Below are positions 61,732-64,000 of a stretch of DNA of 64,000 nt, piece by piece (positions within the stretch are counted from its first letter, which is position 1; each line of letters opens with the position of its first letter). The notes under the pieces are model-generated. The model had not been told where the DNA came from, did not search any database, and saw nothing but the letters and a program-made list of their open reading frames with translations. This DNA comes from Nannocystales bacterium (GTDB lineage: Bacteria > Myxococcota_A > Polyangia > Nannocystales > Nannocystaceae). Made by a program: the position numbers and the translations under genes. The stretch spans positions 363,436 to 427,435 of the forward strand of contig JBOEGF010000014.1 in the NCBI GenBank assembly GCA_050633305.1. The letters run 5' to 3'.

Positions 61732-62296
61732 GCTCGGGACTATTCCACAGGCCGGCCTCGACCCGTGATGATTCCGATTCCCGGCAGCCGATTCCCGATC
61801 CCTGTCCGGGCATGGCGCACCTGCGCGGCTCGGCCAGCGCCGCGCAAACGAAGTCCTACGAGCACCGCTGCGTGGGTGAGTCCGTTCTCGCTTGGTGGAC
61901 GCCTCGAGCCAGCACATGCTTGCGTGGTGAGGGGGTGGTCGCCGGGGAACTGTGCCTGGCCCCGCTCGCGAACCGTGTTCTGTGTGTACGCTACAGACGT
62001 CTCGCGCTCCACGGGTCGTTCGAGCAGCCGGAGCGCTGATGACCCTCGTTTGGTGCGCATCGCTGTTCCATGTCCAATGCGAGGGATGCCCCGCGGGCAG
62101 TGAGCGCGAGCGATTCCCGGATGCTGCCCGTACGCGCCGCAGAAGGGCCCAGGACGCCAGGCGAAAGCGGCCGCGACATCACCGCTCCCAGCCGTGGCGT
62201 ATGGCTGTCCCCTTCGTCAAGGCCGGTCTCGATGGGTCCGACCGGACGAGAGCTTCGGGCACGAGCCCGGAATGTGCGGCCAGGCCCCGGATCGGG

Positions 62297-63937
62297 CTAC
62301 GGGAAGGTCGGGAAGGTCGGGAACGTCGGGAAGACGGGGAACACCGGCAGAGCTTGCATCTGGGTTCCGAGCCGTCGGCAGATGGGACGGGTGCCCTGGG
62401 CGGTCGGTGTCGCGTGGACGGTTTGGCCGGCCCAGGTTTCGAGCCCGACCACGAACTCGCCACGCTCACAGGTCCGAGTACGCAGGGTGCCGTTGGTGTT
62501 GGCGCCCCGGTACGGGGTATAGCTCAACGCGGGGAACGAGCTTCCGCCGACCCATGCTCCGGGGTCCGCACACGTGGCTCGCACTCGGCCCACTCGATCG
62601 CCCCGTACTTGCAGGCCGACCATGAGTTGTCCGTCTGGGCATTGGTCGTCGAAGTTGACCTCGCCTCCGAGGCCGCCGCGGGCTTCGAGGGTCTGGTACT
62701 CGGACCCATCGATAAAGGGGACTCCGAGGAAGGTTGAGCCGGTGGGGCGACAGCGTCCGCCCAGCCGATCGACCTCTCCGCCAGCCCGGCCCCAGAGCCC
62801 AACCATCGCCCCGTAGCCGGAGCAGAACTGGCGCTCGGACGATCCGGCGGTGCTGCCCGCCGCAGTGAGGTACCGGTTTGGTCCGCGGGGGTTGGTCGGG
62901 TGGTCCTGGCAGACAACTCGAAGCTGGTCGATGCGGGCCCCCGACCGTCCGTGAATCGCGGACACCGCCATCCCGGCGGGACAGACCCGCTCGACTGCGT
63001 GCCCGGAGAAATCGCCGCCGCCCAGCCATCGTGCGCTGTCGTAGCCGGTCTCCATGTTCTCGACTGCAGTTTCGCTAGCACAGAGCATTGTGAGGTTCCC
63101 AATGTGGTTGTCGGTCGCTCCGCGAACACCGACAACGACTTGCCCCGCTGGACAGCTGCGGTCGCGCGTCGATGTAGAATCGTAGTACGCGCCAACAGAT
63201 CCGGTGTCGGTGCCCTCACAATGCATCCGGATTCGGTTCACATGGTCAGCGGACGAATCGACTCGGAACCCCGTGGACACGCGGCCGGGTGGGCAGGACA
63301 GGTCGAAGGGCGAGCCGCCGTGACCCCCGATCCGGGCGAGCTCGGTCTCCCCGGGCGCTTGGCTTCGGAGCAGGCCATCGGGTTCGCCCGACCGCATGCA
63401 CTCTTGGACTTGGCGGATTGCCCGGAATCGCGAGTCTGGCTCGAACCACGACCCGGGGTGGTTGTAGTTCTTGTTGTGGGCGACCTCGTGCAGGATAACG
63501 CCGGCCACCGACTCGACCTCTGCCTCCATGACATACGAGCGTTTCACCGAAATCCGCTCGTCGCTGATGCCCACGCCGGCGCAGCCGACCGCGCTGTCGG
63601 TGCCGCAGACCTGGTCCTTGCACTCGATCAGAGTCGGCATGTCCTGGCGCAGCCGGGCGAGGACCTCCTCGGGAAGATGCCCGCGATCCTCGGTCATGAA
63701 TGCGTCCCCTACACACTCAAGGTACGCGTCACTGTGGAGCTTGCCCATGATGATCGACATGGCGTCCTCGATCCGGGATTGTTCGGGGGCCGAGCAGCCG
63801 TCGAACTCGATCTCGCCGTTGATGCGAAGGCTCTCGCCATCGGTGTCTACGAACTCGCCGGGCGAAAACTCGCTGTCGTTCACGCAACCACCCTGTGCCA
63901 CAGCGGCGGCTATCAATATCAAATGCCTGAATCTCAT
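62297..63937 (-). CDS. Lipoprotein zinc metalloprotease with beta-prism (jacalin/VOMI-like) repeats
   Basis: SD GGAGG; lipobox QGGC; HEVAHNKNYNH; six GG...CP.G....G......D.L...C repeats; terminal (F-P-T/V) repeat. Confidence 0.78.
   Translation of the reverse strand: MRFRHLILIAAAVAQGGCVNDSEFSPGEFVDTDGESLRINGEIEFDGCSAPEQSRIEDAMSIIMGKLHSDAYLECVGDAFMTEDRGHLPEEVLARLRQDMPTLIECKDQVCGTDSAVGCAGVGISDERISVKRSYVMEAEVESVAGVILHEVAHNKNYNHPGSWFEPDSRFRAIRQVQECMRSGEPDGLLRSQAPGETELARIGGHGGSPFDLSCPPGRVSTGFRVDSSADHVNRIRMHCEGTDTGSVGAYYDSTSTRDRSCPAGQVVVGVRGATDNHIGNLTMLCASETAVENMETGYDSARWLGGGDFSGHAVERVCPAGMAVSAIHGRSGARIDQLRVVCQDHPTNPRGPNRYLTAAGSTAGSSERQFCSGYGAMVGLWGRAGGEVDRLGGRCRPTGSTFLGVPFIDGSEYQTLEARGGLGGEVNFDDQCPDGQLMVGLQVRGDRVGRVRATCADPGAWVGGSSFPALSYTPYRGANTNGTLRTRTCERGEFVVGLETWAGQTVHATPTAQGTRPICRRLGTQMQALPVFPVFPTFPTFPTFP
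62300..62350. repeat. 9-bp coding tandem repeat encoding C-terminal PVFPVFPTFPTFPTFP
   Basis: GGGAAGGTC GGGAAGGTC GGGAACGTC GGGAAGACG GGGAACACC on the + strand. Confidence 0.85.
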
Positions 63938-64000
63938 TGGATGGGTCCTCCCTCGTTCGGGTCTCGGTATGGATAGACTCGCTGAGGTCGTATTCGATCA

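Overview
High-GC (roughly two-thirds G+C) bacterial chromosome segment with about 50 protein-coding genes. The gene content strongly suggests Myxococcota, most likely a Nannocystaceae/Plesiocystis-like lineage (inference). The evidence is a MYXO-CTERM subtilase, Cys-rich lipoproteins with Thr/Gly-rich linkers, giant Ser/Thr kinase-TM-TPR receptors and AgmX/PglI-type domains. A few metabolic or housekeeping genes are scattered through it (serA, a hisN-like IMPase, a Cys/Met PLP lyase, a cold-shock protein, GST, an MtfA-like M90 peptidase). These sit in a matrix of signalling genes (5 Hanks kinases, 4 ECF sigma factors, MarR, TetR) and about 19 predicted lipoproteins. I saw no rRNA, tRNA, CRISPR array, transposase or integrase. 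Most notable: (1) three lipoprotein/ECF/kinase-TPR loci in which only the ECF-paired kinases carry a conserved N-terminal helix and the ECFs carry a C-terminal extension; (2) pervasive TAnnnT boxes 6-9 nt before start codons, suggesting leaderless mRNAs; (3) a lipoprotein ending in a type IV pilin-like helix; (4) an ECF/anti-sigma pair whose periplasmic part is a Pro-rich spacer plus tandem TonB-C-like domains; (5) a low-GC orphan papain-fold (C39-like) gene; (6) a divergent pair of DUF1963-like genes; (7) clear MarR and NemR-like operators. All family calls come from motif recognition by eye, not database searches, and several start codons were re-chosen relative to the supplied ORF track.
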